A stretch of 63,938 nucleotides of DNA, counting the filler, from Thelocarpon superellum (lineage: Eukaryota): assembly GCA_026025795.1 (NCBI GenBank). It is 7 parts of 7 records of this genome, joined end to end, with 100 filler letters (N's around TTAATTAATTAA, not from the genome) between each part and the next. Parts side by side here need not be neighbours in the genome. Positions count along the whole stretch, not along the records: positions 9,520 to 18,922 come from JAPEUG010000569.1; positions 19,023 to 28,412 come from JAPEUG010000570.1; 5 more parts are not named here. The stretch is one strand, 5' to 3'. The notes under the pieces were generated by a model. That model was not told the origin of the DNA. It made no database searches and saw only the letters and a program-made list of their open reading frames with translations. This document shows positions 13,501 through 25,130 of the stretch, piece by piece. Within the stretch, counting starts at the first letter, position 1; every line of letters starts with the position of its first letter. Both the position numbers and the translations under genes were made by a program.

Positions 13501-14977
13501 TTGCGGCCTACAGTGCCTCAATTCGAATCACCAACGCGGCCTCATCTGTCCGGGGATCGGGCATCGGGCATCGTGCTATGACGTGAGCTCGCATTTTCCA
13601 TGGCGTGGTTGAGCAATGAGGGGCCAGCGAGCGAAGAGTCCGGTGGGCGCCGGCAACCGGACCTGCGCGATGACATAACCGCTACCCGACCGAGGGTGCG
13701 AGCCTCGAGCTCGCCGACCCTGAAGGGCCAGCGACGATCGGGGCGCCTTCCCTCGTTTCTGGCTCGCGTACTAGAAGGCCCAAGGCTCGAAGCTTGGCTC
13801 GCGCCGTCGGCCAACGCCCATCTGACGGGCGACCGGGGCTCGTTCGATCCCTGGCCTATCCGAGCTACAAGTCGTCATCGCATGCTCATTTCCCACATGC
13901 GCCCACCGCCGCAAGCACGGTCACCGCTCCGCCGTCCTGTGCTTGCCTAAAGACCTGGCCGCCTGGGTGACTGTGCACGTCTGGGCGGCTTACATGGGCT
14001 AGTGCCAGTGTAGTCTAGGAGAGTAGTGGCGTGCAGGCGCCAAAATGACCTTTAGGAACTCGTCGCTACAAGCCCTTGGGATCGAGGCACGCCCGGCGCG
14101 ACCGACGCGAGCCTGCAAGCGACCGGGTCGCATGTCGGGGCCGCGGGGAACGGGGTGGCATGGACCAGCCAGCGCGGCCAGTGCGCCCCCCCCCTTCCGC
14201 CGGCAGGATCACGCAGGAGCAGGCGAGAGCGACGCCACGAGGGGGCGCATGCAAACGAGAGGGCGAACGAGGGTCAGTGCTCGTGATGCGAGACAGCGAA
14301 GGATGGAAGGATGGCATGATGCTGGTCGTGGGCGACGACCCTGCCGTAGCCGAGTCCACGGGCGCGCGGAGATTTGAGTCGTGCTACCGCGGGCACTACG
14401 GCGAGGCCCACGGTGCAGGCGGTGATTTGGATGGAGATTTCGTGGTCCGGGTCACAGGGGATCAGATGACGGGCGGCTGGAAGCGAGGGAGTGCGGGCGT
14501 TTGAGAGTGGCACTAGGGCACCGTGGGTCGTAAGTCGCCGGGGCCCCGCCACGTCGTTGGCGCAAGTGGTGAGGTCCATGCCAGACCCGGGACGACGATG
14601 AAGCCTATTGCCGCGCCAAACGGCCGTCGTCCTTCTCGACGCCTTCGCTGCGAGTGCTTGCGTGCCGTGCGCCAGGCTGCGTGCCATCCAGCGTCGAGCT
14701 CACCCGGGCATGCTTCCAGGTGGACCTGCAGGTCCGTCAGCCAATGGGCCATGGTTTCGAGTTGATGCACACGCCAAACACGTCGGTACCGCGGTTACAG
14801 TCTGCCACGCCCGCATGAATTACGACCATGGCGGATTCATGCCATCGGCGCCCAGCGCCGCTCGCCCGGGCCCAGGCTCAGGTACGCGGCACGCTGGAGG
14901 GAGGAGCGCACGAGTTGCACGAGCCCCCGGGGGCGCGAGGCGCTGCGAAGCCGGGCCTTTCCCGGGACCAGTCGAGT

Positions 14978-15003
14978 GGCACAGGCACAGGCACAGGCAC
15001 AGG
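14978..15003. repeat. (GGCACA)n short tandem repeat
   Basis: About 4 direct hexamer copies. Confidence 0.8.
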
Positions 15004-16830
15004 CCCATAGGCTGAGTGCGCCAGCGTGCAAACCATCATGCCGTGAACTAGATCTATGCCAAACAGGCGGACAACGCTGCCGTCGTGCTGTTTAGTGGCG
15101 GGGATATTCATGCAGCTCATGTTTCTTCCGGCAACCGGCGTCAAGCGATCGTCGAGCAAGGACACGATGACTTCTCCGGCGCCGCTCGAGTCTCCGTCGT
15201 TCGGCGCCGTTTCGGTCGAATGTTCGACGGGTGCCGGGAGACGGCGCGGTGAGACGTAAGCGACGTCGCTGATTAGGTCGGCTCTGACAGCAGCGCGTGC
15301 CTGAGAGGGAGCGGCGAGCGGCGACCAGCGACCAGCACGACGGCTTCTTTCCCCACAACCGATCCGAAAACAATCGCGAAACCATTAAACCCTAAGGAAC
15401 CGAGCAGGGGTCGGCCGCGTAGCGTGACAGTGTCCACAGTGCGCCGGGGCGAAAAAGGGGGACGGGCTCCCTCCGGGCGAGCCTAGGCCGCAAGAAGAGT
15501 CGAGCCAAGGGACCCAGGCACCATCGCCTATGTCCGTCCCACCGGGTGCGGTCGCGAAGGGGGTACCGCACGGTACGTCGGCGCGACCGTAGACGACGGC
15601 GCGAGGGAGACGAGTACGGACGAGTTCGAGCACGGAGTGGCCCAGTGGTGGGCTGACCGGGCGGCGGCGGGGAGGGATTGGAGTTCGCGCGCCTCACGCC
15701 TGTAGCAAGTACTCAGAGGAGTGAGGGGACGAGTTTGGCCTGGTGGTGCCCGCCGACCGCCCTGGGGGGCTGGTGGGGAGAGTTGGCGGCGGACGGGGGG
15801 AGACCACTGGCGCAGGGCGTGCGCATGCGACGACGTAATCCTCACTCCGAATCCTCGTCGTGGACACTACTGCTCGGCCCACCCTCGAACTCTCTTAATT
15901 CCTCCAAACACACCTGCAGCAGACGCATTCCTTCCCTTGTCGTGGCTCCTGCTGGCCATGCGCCTAGCGGCGCACCGCTCCACCCCCCCCTCCCATGCCT
16001 CCGTAACGAGCGTCCGGTACTCTAGAGTGCACCCTGCGTCAGAGGCGACGAGGCTAGCCCCGTCTCCCTCCGCCGTCGGCGCACCACCATCACCCTCCCA
16101 CTCCGTACTCCGTCCCTCGAGTCGTCGAGGACCGGAGTACCCCGTAGAGTGCTGTCACCCTCTGAATCCGCCATCGTCGGCCGGCAGGCGACCTCGCCTG
16201 GCGTCGCTCCGCGTCCAGGATCCCCTTCCTCCTCCCAGGCTCCGAGGAGGGCCCGCATCCGCCCTACCCTTCTTCCACCCCCCCACCCTCTTTTGGCTTC
16301 CTTCCTCCCCCCCTCCACCCCTCCCAAACAAACCAAGCCCACCCCTGGCACCATCGGCCTGTCTCGGCCTGTGATCGGTGGTCCATCGTTCCAAGCGTGC
16401 CTTATGTAAACCCCAGCTGCCCACCCCCGGCCTCAGGGTACTTCACGTCGTCTCATCCCCCAAACGTTCCCACCGTTTCAATTGTGTTAGCCTCCTACCT
16501 TCCCCTCCTCCTCCCCCTACTCCAACTGTTGATACATCATCGTCGTGATCCCCACCGACGTTTACTTGATCATCACCCGTCTCCTCACTATCCTCTCCCA
16601 CCGTGTGGAACATAATTGACTATTCCTTGGAACGCCGCTTCAACGATATCGCCGCCATCATCCTGATCTTGCACCATCGTGCCCTCAATTACCATTGTGC
16701 TCTTTCCCGTTCGCCCATCCCTCACCCTCCCTGCCACTTACATCCGTCGTCCCGTCGGATTGCTGGTGCGCCCGGTCCACGCCGTTAATTGAGCCCTCTC
16801 TTCCCCTCTCATTCCTCCTGCACCACCACC

Positions 16831-18081
16831 ATGACCATGGCCGTGGATCATCAGCAGCGCCACCCCGGTGGGCTGGGATTCGACCACATGCCCGGACACT
16901 ACTCGAGCTCGCCCCACTTCACCAACCCGTGGGGCGCGGCCACTCCGTCCAACCCAATGTACTCGCTGGCGCCGATGTCCAATGATTCGATGCCCAAACA
17001 ACTCCCCGCGCCCGGCACCGTGTCGATGTCTTACACCACCATCCCCGTCTCTGCGACGACCAGCTCCGCAGGTAGTAATCTTCCTCTGCCATACGGACAC
17101 CAGGATTTACTGAGCCTCTCGCAAGATATGCTGAGCGCCAACCGGCTATCTGCCACGCAATCGTACGGAAGTGAGCCCAGCTACTCGACTGCCTCGTCTC
17201 CTGCCCCGCACAACTACGCGCCGACGTCGGCCCCCTTCGATACCATGAGCTACACCCCGAACCGATCGAGCTACAACCTCCAGCCGCAGCAAGCGCCGCA
17301 GCAGCAGCATCAGCAGCTACAGCAGCAAGCACAGCAGGGCCACGAGCGACGACTGTCGCAGCCGTCGCTCCCGTCCAGCTCGTTCCTTGGCTCGCCCGTG
17401 GACGCGTCGCGGCATCAGCGGCCCAACTCGTTGGTGGACTTCACCCGAGGATTGGCGCCGGTGCCGCATGCGCGGGACAGCTTTGGAGATACGCTCGACG
17501 CGGGTCGGGGCATGGTTGCCATGAGCCAAGACGCCACGCCGCGAAACATCTACGCCCCGCGATCCGGACGGGATTCGGCCGACAGCTATGGCTTCCCCTC
17601 GGCCCACTCGACGACGTCCTCCATCTCCTCGTCCAGCACCTACCCTTCCTACTACGGGTCCGTCGATTCGTCGGTGACGGACTATAGCTCGACGTCGGAG
17701 TCGTTGGACATCCCTTCGCGGACGCTTCCTCCGCCGCAAGGGCTCCTGGGGGGCAGCATCCCGCCGAACCCGCAGGCGATGATGAGCCAGTTCAGCTCCA
17801 AGGTGTCGTCGAGCACGCAGAAGAAGCACAAGTGCAAGATCTGCGACAAGCGCTTCACGCGACCCAGCTCGCTCCAGACCCACATGTACAGTCACACTGG
17901 GGAGAAGCGTACGTGGTGTCCTTTGCCCCTCCTCGACTGAGCCCCGCTGACCCTTCCTCCAGCCTTCTCATGTGACGTCGAGGGCTGTGGCCGGCACTTT
18001 TCGGTGGTGTCGAATCTTCGACGGCACCGCAAGGTGCACAAGGGCGAGCATGAAACCAGCTCGCCCGCGGCCGAGTTCTGA
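16831..18081 (+). CDS. flbC: C2H2 zinc-finger developmental transcription factor FlbC
   Basis: MMSQFSSKVSSSTQKKHKCKICDKRFTRPSSLQTHMYSHTGEKP|FSCDVEGCGRHFSVVSNLRRHRKVH matches FlbC. Intron 17909-17962; Q/S-rich activation region. Confidence 0.9.
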
Positions 18082-18922
18082 ACGGCGTCTTCTTCTCACT
18101 GACGATGATGCGGAAATGAACGAGGTTCATCTTTCGTCGGCGTCTCATCTGGGGTTTAATTCCATCTCTTGATATGTCTCATTTAGCGTTTTGATATCCG
18201 TGTCTTTTGCCTGCCGTCTGCGATAGAGAGAGATCGCCTCCGCTGTCTCGTGTCTGCCCTACCCTGCCTTGCCTCGACCAGGTCCGCAGCTTATGCATCC
18301 GGTCGGCGATAATCCTAGTGTATCATTTCTCTACTACTCTGTGCGTTCGTCATTCTTGGGAGGAACCGCCTGGCATTGTTCTCTTATTGCTCTATTGTCA
18401 CCATCATGTCGCATCAACACCACCCTTGTCTCGAACGGATGGGCTGCGGCTCATCACTCATGTACAACAGCACGGTGCGTCTTATTTGCGTGTGTCTGTT
18501 TGTCGAATTGTCTGTCTCTCTCTCATCCTACACCTTATTCTGTAATGTTCTCTGCCGAGAGGTGGGGTGGGAAAGAAACGAAAGGAAGAAGGGCGGAAGT
18601 GGACGACGATGATGAGAGAAGGAATGTGATGGGTTTAGGATAGTTATCGATAGCACAACGAATGAACGAGTCATTTCAATGGAATGAGACGAGACGAGAC
18701 GAGTGCTGTGTGTTCATTTGCTGTCTACGAACCTGCTCCTGCCTGCCTGTCTTTGCAACCAGTGCTTGTTCTTTTCTTCGTCTGATATGTGTGATCTGTA
18801 CGGCAGGATAGAAAGGAGATGGAGTACGACGTACGGAGCTGCAGAGAAGCAGCAAGCATCCCGGAGCAGTGAGCAAAGAGCAGCAAGCAAAGCCACGAGA
18901 CGCGCGACTGGCTACCGTTTCA

Positions 18923-19022
18923 NNNNNNNNNNNNNNNNNNNNNNNNNNNNNNNNNNNNNNNNNNNNTTAATTAATTAANNNNNNNNNNNNNNNNNNNNNN
19001 NNNNNNNNNNNNNNNNNNNNNN
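18923..19022. other. Artificial contig linker
   Basis: N44-TTAATTAATTAA-N44. Confidence 0.98.
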
Positions 19023-19330
19023 TTACTGAACTTGGGGGGTACGACGGGTGGAGCGCCGTCCACGGGTGACGACCGGAAGGGATTGGAGAAGGATCGACTC
19101 GACGGGGGCGAGGGAAAGGGAGGTGAGGTCAATGGGGTCGTTGGGGTCACGGGCGACGTGGGCAGGCCGATGGAGATGGGGGAGAAGGGCGGGGTGGACC
19201 GGGGAATGGCGCCTCGTTGCTTCGCCGAGGCGCGCAGGCTCTTCTGACTCTTCCTCTTGCGGAGCCACGATGCAATGGGCCCGTCCGGCTTGCTGTCGAA
19301 GGACGACAGGTCCTGCTCGATGGTGGCCAT
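19023..19330 (-). CDS. Hypothetical Pro/Ser-rich protein, N-terminal fragment cut by the contig end
   Basis: ATG in good context (atcATGg), frame open to the contig end, basic patch RKRKSQK. Confidence 0.5.
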
Positions 19331-20788
19331 GATCGGGGCTCAGGGCCCGCAAGGGTCAACGTGCCTCCACGAGGAGGGCCGGAGAACCGCTTCGGGCAAG
19401 GATGGAGGCGAGGGTGGAGGAGAGAGCCTGCTCATGGCAGCCGACGAGACAGGGGCCGAGCGTGGCCGAGCGTGGCCGAGCAGTGCACGGTTCACGCAGG
19501 ACCGGTGGCGAAATCGTAGTGGCCGCGAAGGGTGGATGATACATGTGCGATGTGCTACAGGGCGCTCGACAAGAGCGACGAGAGAGAAGACGGTAGATGG
19601 ACGAATTGGGCGGTGGTGCCGGCAATCATGGCCATGGGTCGAGTGTTTGGCAGAGAACACGGGGCTGGGAAGGGCAGTCGGTCTGGCGCTGGTCACACCG
19701 GGTCTAGGTGGAGGGTGGAGGAAGGTGGAGGTGCCTGATGCTGCATCAGCATATCTGGTGGCACCGTGCTCCTACCGCGTGAGTGAGCCTCCGACCAGAC
19801 GAGTGGCCGTGCAGTAGTCGGTGGTGGGTAGTCCCACCTCGTCCCGATGGATCGGTGGTATGGACTCGCTGATGCGTGGCGCGCTCCACTCCCGACGCTT
19901 GAGACTACTAACGCGAACCAAAGAATGGACGAGTGGAGCGGGTTTAGCGTGGAAGGCTAGAAGCTCGCTCGCTTCTCCTGCCTGCGCCGGGGATGGGCTG
20001 GGGCGAGCGTCCGGCCCTGGCAGAAGCCACGTCGGCTCCTGACGTTGATTAGTCGAGAGCAAGACTCCCGTCGCCTCGCTACGGGCACCGACGGTACCGA
20101 CGGTACCGACGGTGGCCTCCATCCGACGGCGATGATGCCACGACGGTAGGGCTTGACGACGATCGCCTGCCGTCGTCTCCCGTCGCCGGTGCCCTGCGTT
20201 GGTGGAAGGGTGTCAGACCCGGCGCGATCACGGCTGATCGGTCCCGACGGTGGTGGTGCGCAACGGGTTGGCGTGCATACTCCGCTGCTCCACCATCGGG
20301 GCGGGCGAGCGTGGGAAATGAGGTCGGGATCGAGCGATGCATCATTGGTGCGGGAACGAATGTGATCGACCCCGCGATGCTGGTAGCTTCATGCCTCAGC
20401 AGTCTCTACGAGTACTCGTATCTTCGACGCCTTGTCCGCCAGTGTCGTCAACCGCGTACCCCAAAGTATTTTTGGCCACCGCCGTCCCAATCTCCCGCCA
20501 TCCCCATCGGTCGTGACCTCGCATGACGCAGCCGCATCATCCTCATCGCTGACCAGTCACGATGCGGGAGTCGTCCGCAGAACGATGAAGGATCGTCGCA
20601 TCGCCCCATGCTGGCTCATGCTAGGTGACGCCCGTCATGCATTTCCCTGCCCGATCGTTCGGCGACGCATGGCATCGTCGTCTATGCACATAACAATAAC
20701 CTACGGAGGCGAATGCACCCCATCTCCACCCAAGCCGCTGTCGCCAGGCCCCGTCCCCACACACCACGCGCCTCCGAGCATGGGTTCG

Positions 20789-21376
20789 TCATTTCTTGGC
20801 ATACCTCTTGACCCAGTCCTTGACCGTCCGGTCAAACTCCCTTTTCGCCTGCTTGTACTGGTCGGCGATGGAGGTTTCGACCGCGTCGTCGGGATTCGGC
20901 TCGACCAGCAGGTTCCGTGCCGTGCGCAGCACTCCCGAGATCTTGCTGGAGGGCTTCCACTCGTCGCTCTTCAGCATGCCCAAGCACATGGACCCCTTGG
21001 CATCGTTGGTGATGTTGGGATGGTAGATCTTGGTCTGGAAATTGAGGGCCGGGGGCTTGAAAGGGTACTCGCGGGGGAGCACCAGGAGCAACTTGAAGAC
21101 GCCACCCTTTTCAAGGCTCGTCAGTCGCTTGTCGTCGCCATCGTGAGATTCGCGGACAAGGGGGAGGGTGGATATTACAGCATATGGCGAATCACTGGGT
21201 CCTTCCATTGTGATTTGCCATCTGTAGATGTCTGCTTCATCGACCAGGCTGGCCGTGATGCCCTCGGGAGGGTGCTCCGTCACCTCGGCCAGCTCCTGCG
21301 ACGGTCAGAGGACGGATGCGGACGAGGAAACGAAGTGGCACGATACCTTGCCAATGCGCTTCTGTCCGCCCGCCAT
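20789..21376 (-). CDS. Ubiquitin-conjugating enzyme E2
   Basis: KRIGKEL, GPSDSPYAGGVF, YPFKPP, IYHPNI and catalytic Cys in MCLGML. Two introns, the second at 21178-21107. Confidence 0.93.
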
Positions 21377-21892
21377 TCTGACGTCACGCGTTCACGTTGA
21401 GGGAGACGGAGAGGTTGCACGACGCATTCTTGGGCTCAAGCAATCTATGCACATAGGTCGCGTGTATCGCGTGAGATGGGAGATCAAATACCTCCGACTT
21501 CTGGGGGGACCGATGGCCTGGTTCGTAGATGCCTGGCGAGGGGCTTATCATATTCAGCCGTGGTCCTTCACGTAGGCAGCATCTCGTTAGCCGCGCTTGC
21601 AGAAGTCCCCGGAGCTCGCTCGCTTGGGACAGGCGAGTGGGGGTGCGGCAAATTATGTGACCAGTTTGGAGACGATGCCTTGCACACCGGTGGGTGCCTG
21701 TGCTAGAGCGGCTGTTACGAGGGCACCGTCCCTCGCAGCCTCTGGTACGACCGACCCATTCGTCACCACGACGACGACAGTGGTGCGATTGATACCCAAC
21801 GATATGCGAGAGCTCATCCTATGCCTACTAGGCATCGGTTTTGGATTTCGTGGCCGGGTGCTACAAGGACAAAGTCCTGGACGAGAAGGGAT

Positions 21893-22468
21893 CTATTCCC
21901 GTTGTAACACTACCAACAGTCCCATGATGCCGAGCATGACCGTCTTCATCCAAGGGTGCTCGCTGAGCATGATGGTCACGTAGCCAACGAATGGAACATA
22001 TCCCTTGACGCTTCCAATCACATCCTGCGACCGCTCCAAATAATCCTGTCCTCGAGCATACAGTTCCGTATCATCCGAGGGATTATCGTCCCCCTTGGTG
22101 AGAAGGCGAAGCGGCTTTTTCCTGGGGCGGCGAGTCAGCATCGCCCAGGGCCCTCTCGGGTGGTTCACTTACCCGCCACCGAATCGCTGTACCACGCGGT
22201 GGACGATGGGAATGTCCTTGCCTCGCACATTGTACACAACGATCTCGCCGATCTGGGTGTCTTGGCCCCGATTCCACAGGAACAGGAGATCACCTCGCTG
22301 GAAGGCCGGTTCCATCGACCCGGATAGGACGACGACGATGGGCGACGGGGAGTCGGTCGCGACCGACAGGCCTTTCCAGAGCATGAAGGCCGTTGACAGG
22401 ATCAGGGCGAAGTTCAGCACCTGCGTCGCCAGCTGCCGTGGTTGAAGATTGGCCACGGCAGAAAACAT
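21893..22468 (-). CDS. SEC11: Signal peptidase complex catalytic subunit Sec11
   Basis: [30 protein letters not shown] and LLTKGDDN. One intron near 22170-22122. Confidence 0.96.
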
Positions 22469-23124
22469 GGTGATGGAGGGGACGTGGCTCCACGCGTGAC
22501 GAGACTATGATCCGAGCGCAATTGCCACCGTCATTGGAAGTCGGGTCTCAATTGACGGCACTGCGATGCGGTGCAGCAGCAGCCTCAGGCAGTGAGGATG
22601 AAGCCAGTTGTTGCTTTGCTCGCTCGTTCTTCACCTTCGCTTGCGACCGACAGCTACTGTGTTACGATTGGCGGTGTGGTAGGTGGACGACTGCCACTCG
22701 GACCCGCACCAAGGTCGAGTAGCGTTGACTCCGCCGCCTGGAGGTGCTGGTTCCTGATTTGACGCCCTGGTCGCCCGGGATCATGTGACGCTGCTTGTTG
22801 ATTTGCCCACGCCTGAGTGGCCCAAGTGGTCCGTGCGTCTTCCCCGTGTCTGCCTATAAAGATGTCGGCCACCCCACCTTGCACGAGTTTCTCCTCTTGC
22901 GCTTCATTGAGCTGGCAATCCTTGGCAAGAATCTTAGGCTCTGCCGTGGGATTCTTGACGGGTGACAAGACTTCGGAATCCGCTCCCTTCCTCGCCGAGG
23001 GGGACGATTCTGAAGGCTTCCAGAGCTCTCTCATGCAACGTGCGCCGACCCAGTCCTTCTTTTCATGATCCCGTCGTGGGACTCTTTCCGCTCGCTTCGT
23101 CGCTCGCCATCATCGACCGACAAG

Positions 23125-24038
23125 ATGTTCCGTCGATCGCTCGCCTCGAGGGATCGCACGGGCAAGGCCACGAAGCCGAAGAGATCGTTGAGGGAGCGCA
23201 CGAAGCGCAAGCCGCAGGCGCCGTCGCAGGAGAGCCCGCCGTTGGGCAGCTCTCTGACGTCTCCCATCATCACCATCACGGTGAGCGGCGCTGCAGCGTC
23301 GTCGATGACGCGGGCGGGAGATGACTGACGCGTCGCGCGCAGGTGGGACGGGAGCAGCGGCTGTTTGCGGCGCACGAGGACGTGCTCAGCCTGTCGCCGT
23401 TCTTTGCGGTGGCATGCCGAGGGCAGTTCCTCGAGGCTCACTCGAAGCGGATCGATTTGCCCGACGAAGAACCTGAGATTTTGGCCTGCGTGCTCGAGTA
23501 CCTCTACAAGGGAGACTACTACCCGCGCCTGTTGCACAACAAGCGGCACAACTCTTGGGAGCTCGAAGACGCGCAGGCGCAGTACCAAACCGGTGGTCGC
23601 GGCACGGTGGAGTCGACAATCTATCATCCTGGGGTGGATGGGGTGATCCTCAAGGACACCGCAGTCTACTGCGTGGCGGACAAGTACGGGCTGGATGAGC
23701 TCAAGCGCCTGTCTCTTCGGAAGCAGGGCCTGCAGAGCAGCATCGAGGTCGCAACGATCCTCCGCAGTGCGCGTTATGCGTACGACCACACCCCGGACAC
23801 AGACTCGCGCCTCCGCGCTCATTACCTGGCGCTGATCATCCGATGTCGTTCGACCTTTAAGAGGAGCGGCACGATGCAGATGGAGATGGAGAATGGCGGG
23901 AAGCTGTGGTTCGACCTGTTCGTGGCCATGTGCAACCACGTGGATGACATTGTGGAGATCACGCAAGTGCGCCCGTTTTCTTCCTTGCAATGCTAACGCG
24001 CCCGTCTCGGCACAAGCAAGCACCCGGCTAACCCTTGA
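23125..24038 (+). CDS. BTB/POZ-domain protein (conserved fungal)
   Basis: SPIITIT|VGREQRLFAAHEDVL..SPFF..IDLPDEEPEI..LEYLYKGDY. Intron 23281-23342. The last short exon boundary is uncertain (stop at 24030 or 24038). Confidence 0.85.
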
Positions 24039-25130
24039 GTCCGGGGTCACAGCAACAATGGATCTCCCAAGACCATCTAGGTGGGGCACACATGGACTCT
24101 CCACGCGGCAGGACGAAGAGGGGAAGAGACGAAAGAAAAATCCGAACCAGAAAACATCGACGGAGGGTCTTGATATCCCAGAATGAGAGCTTCGACAACG
24201 ACACCATCAAGGCCGGAACGTGACGTGGTACTTTGCTCCGTCCGGGAAATTGGCCAAAGAAATCTACTGTTTTTTTCGCTCTTAGCACCAGACTGATCCA
24301 AATGTCCCCACTTCACTTCGTTCCCCCTCGAGGTTGGCCCAGCACTTTCTTCTGCGACGTATCTTTTTCCATTTCTCACCGACGACAACACGAAAAAAAG
24401 AGACCTGACCCGTCCACTCCCTCGATGCGCTCCGACTCAGGACACTTTTGTTTTCTTTCCCCTTTGCTTTCTCCTCGTTACGTGTCTCCGGTGGCATTGC
24501 AGCCGGCTGATTACGTTGCCACACCAGTCAGCGACTACTCCTTCGCGCCTCCACGTTCTCCTTCTCTCCTCTCTGCTTCCCGTCTGGGGGGTTCGAGAGG
24601 ATGTGGATCGCACCCGCTTCTGCACCGACCGCAGCCGCAGCCTAGGCAGCGCTAATATCGACGATGAATGGGGGGCGATGACGAGGGTGGACGGTGACGG
24701 TGGTGGTGGCGGTGGCGGTGGTGACCCATCCGTCCATCCATCCATCCATCTATCCGGCTTCTCTCATCCGCTCATTCGCTCGTTCGCTCATCAGCTCGCT
24801 TTTGCTCGCTTGTCGGCTTGCTTCCTTGGTGATCCTTGCTGCCGGACACTACCTACGGATGTATGTATCAATTTGGACGTACTGCTAGGTAGTGATAATG
24901 AGAGACTTGGCCACCTCAGATGAGATGCGATGAGACGAGATCATCTCGAACATGGAAGGGGAAGGAGAGAAGCTGGGTCTCGGAACGTAGTCTCCTCTAC
25001 CACTGTTACTTTGCGTAGGACGCCACACGGCAGGAGAGATATGAAGAAGCCGACCAAGAAGAGGACCAAATCACCGCATACTACCATGCTAGTAGTCGTG
25101 ACATGGCCAACCAGCCAACCGGCCAGCCAG

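Noticed and set aside
15385..15395. TAAACCCTAA as a telomerase RNA template or telomeric seed
   Set aside because: It is a single short match with no tandem repeats and no recognisable pseudoknot or other TER elements.
11000..16400. Many short ORFs upstream of flbC
   Set aside because: They have Arg/Pro/Ala-rich random composition with no domain motifs or coherent exon structure.
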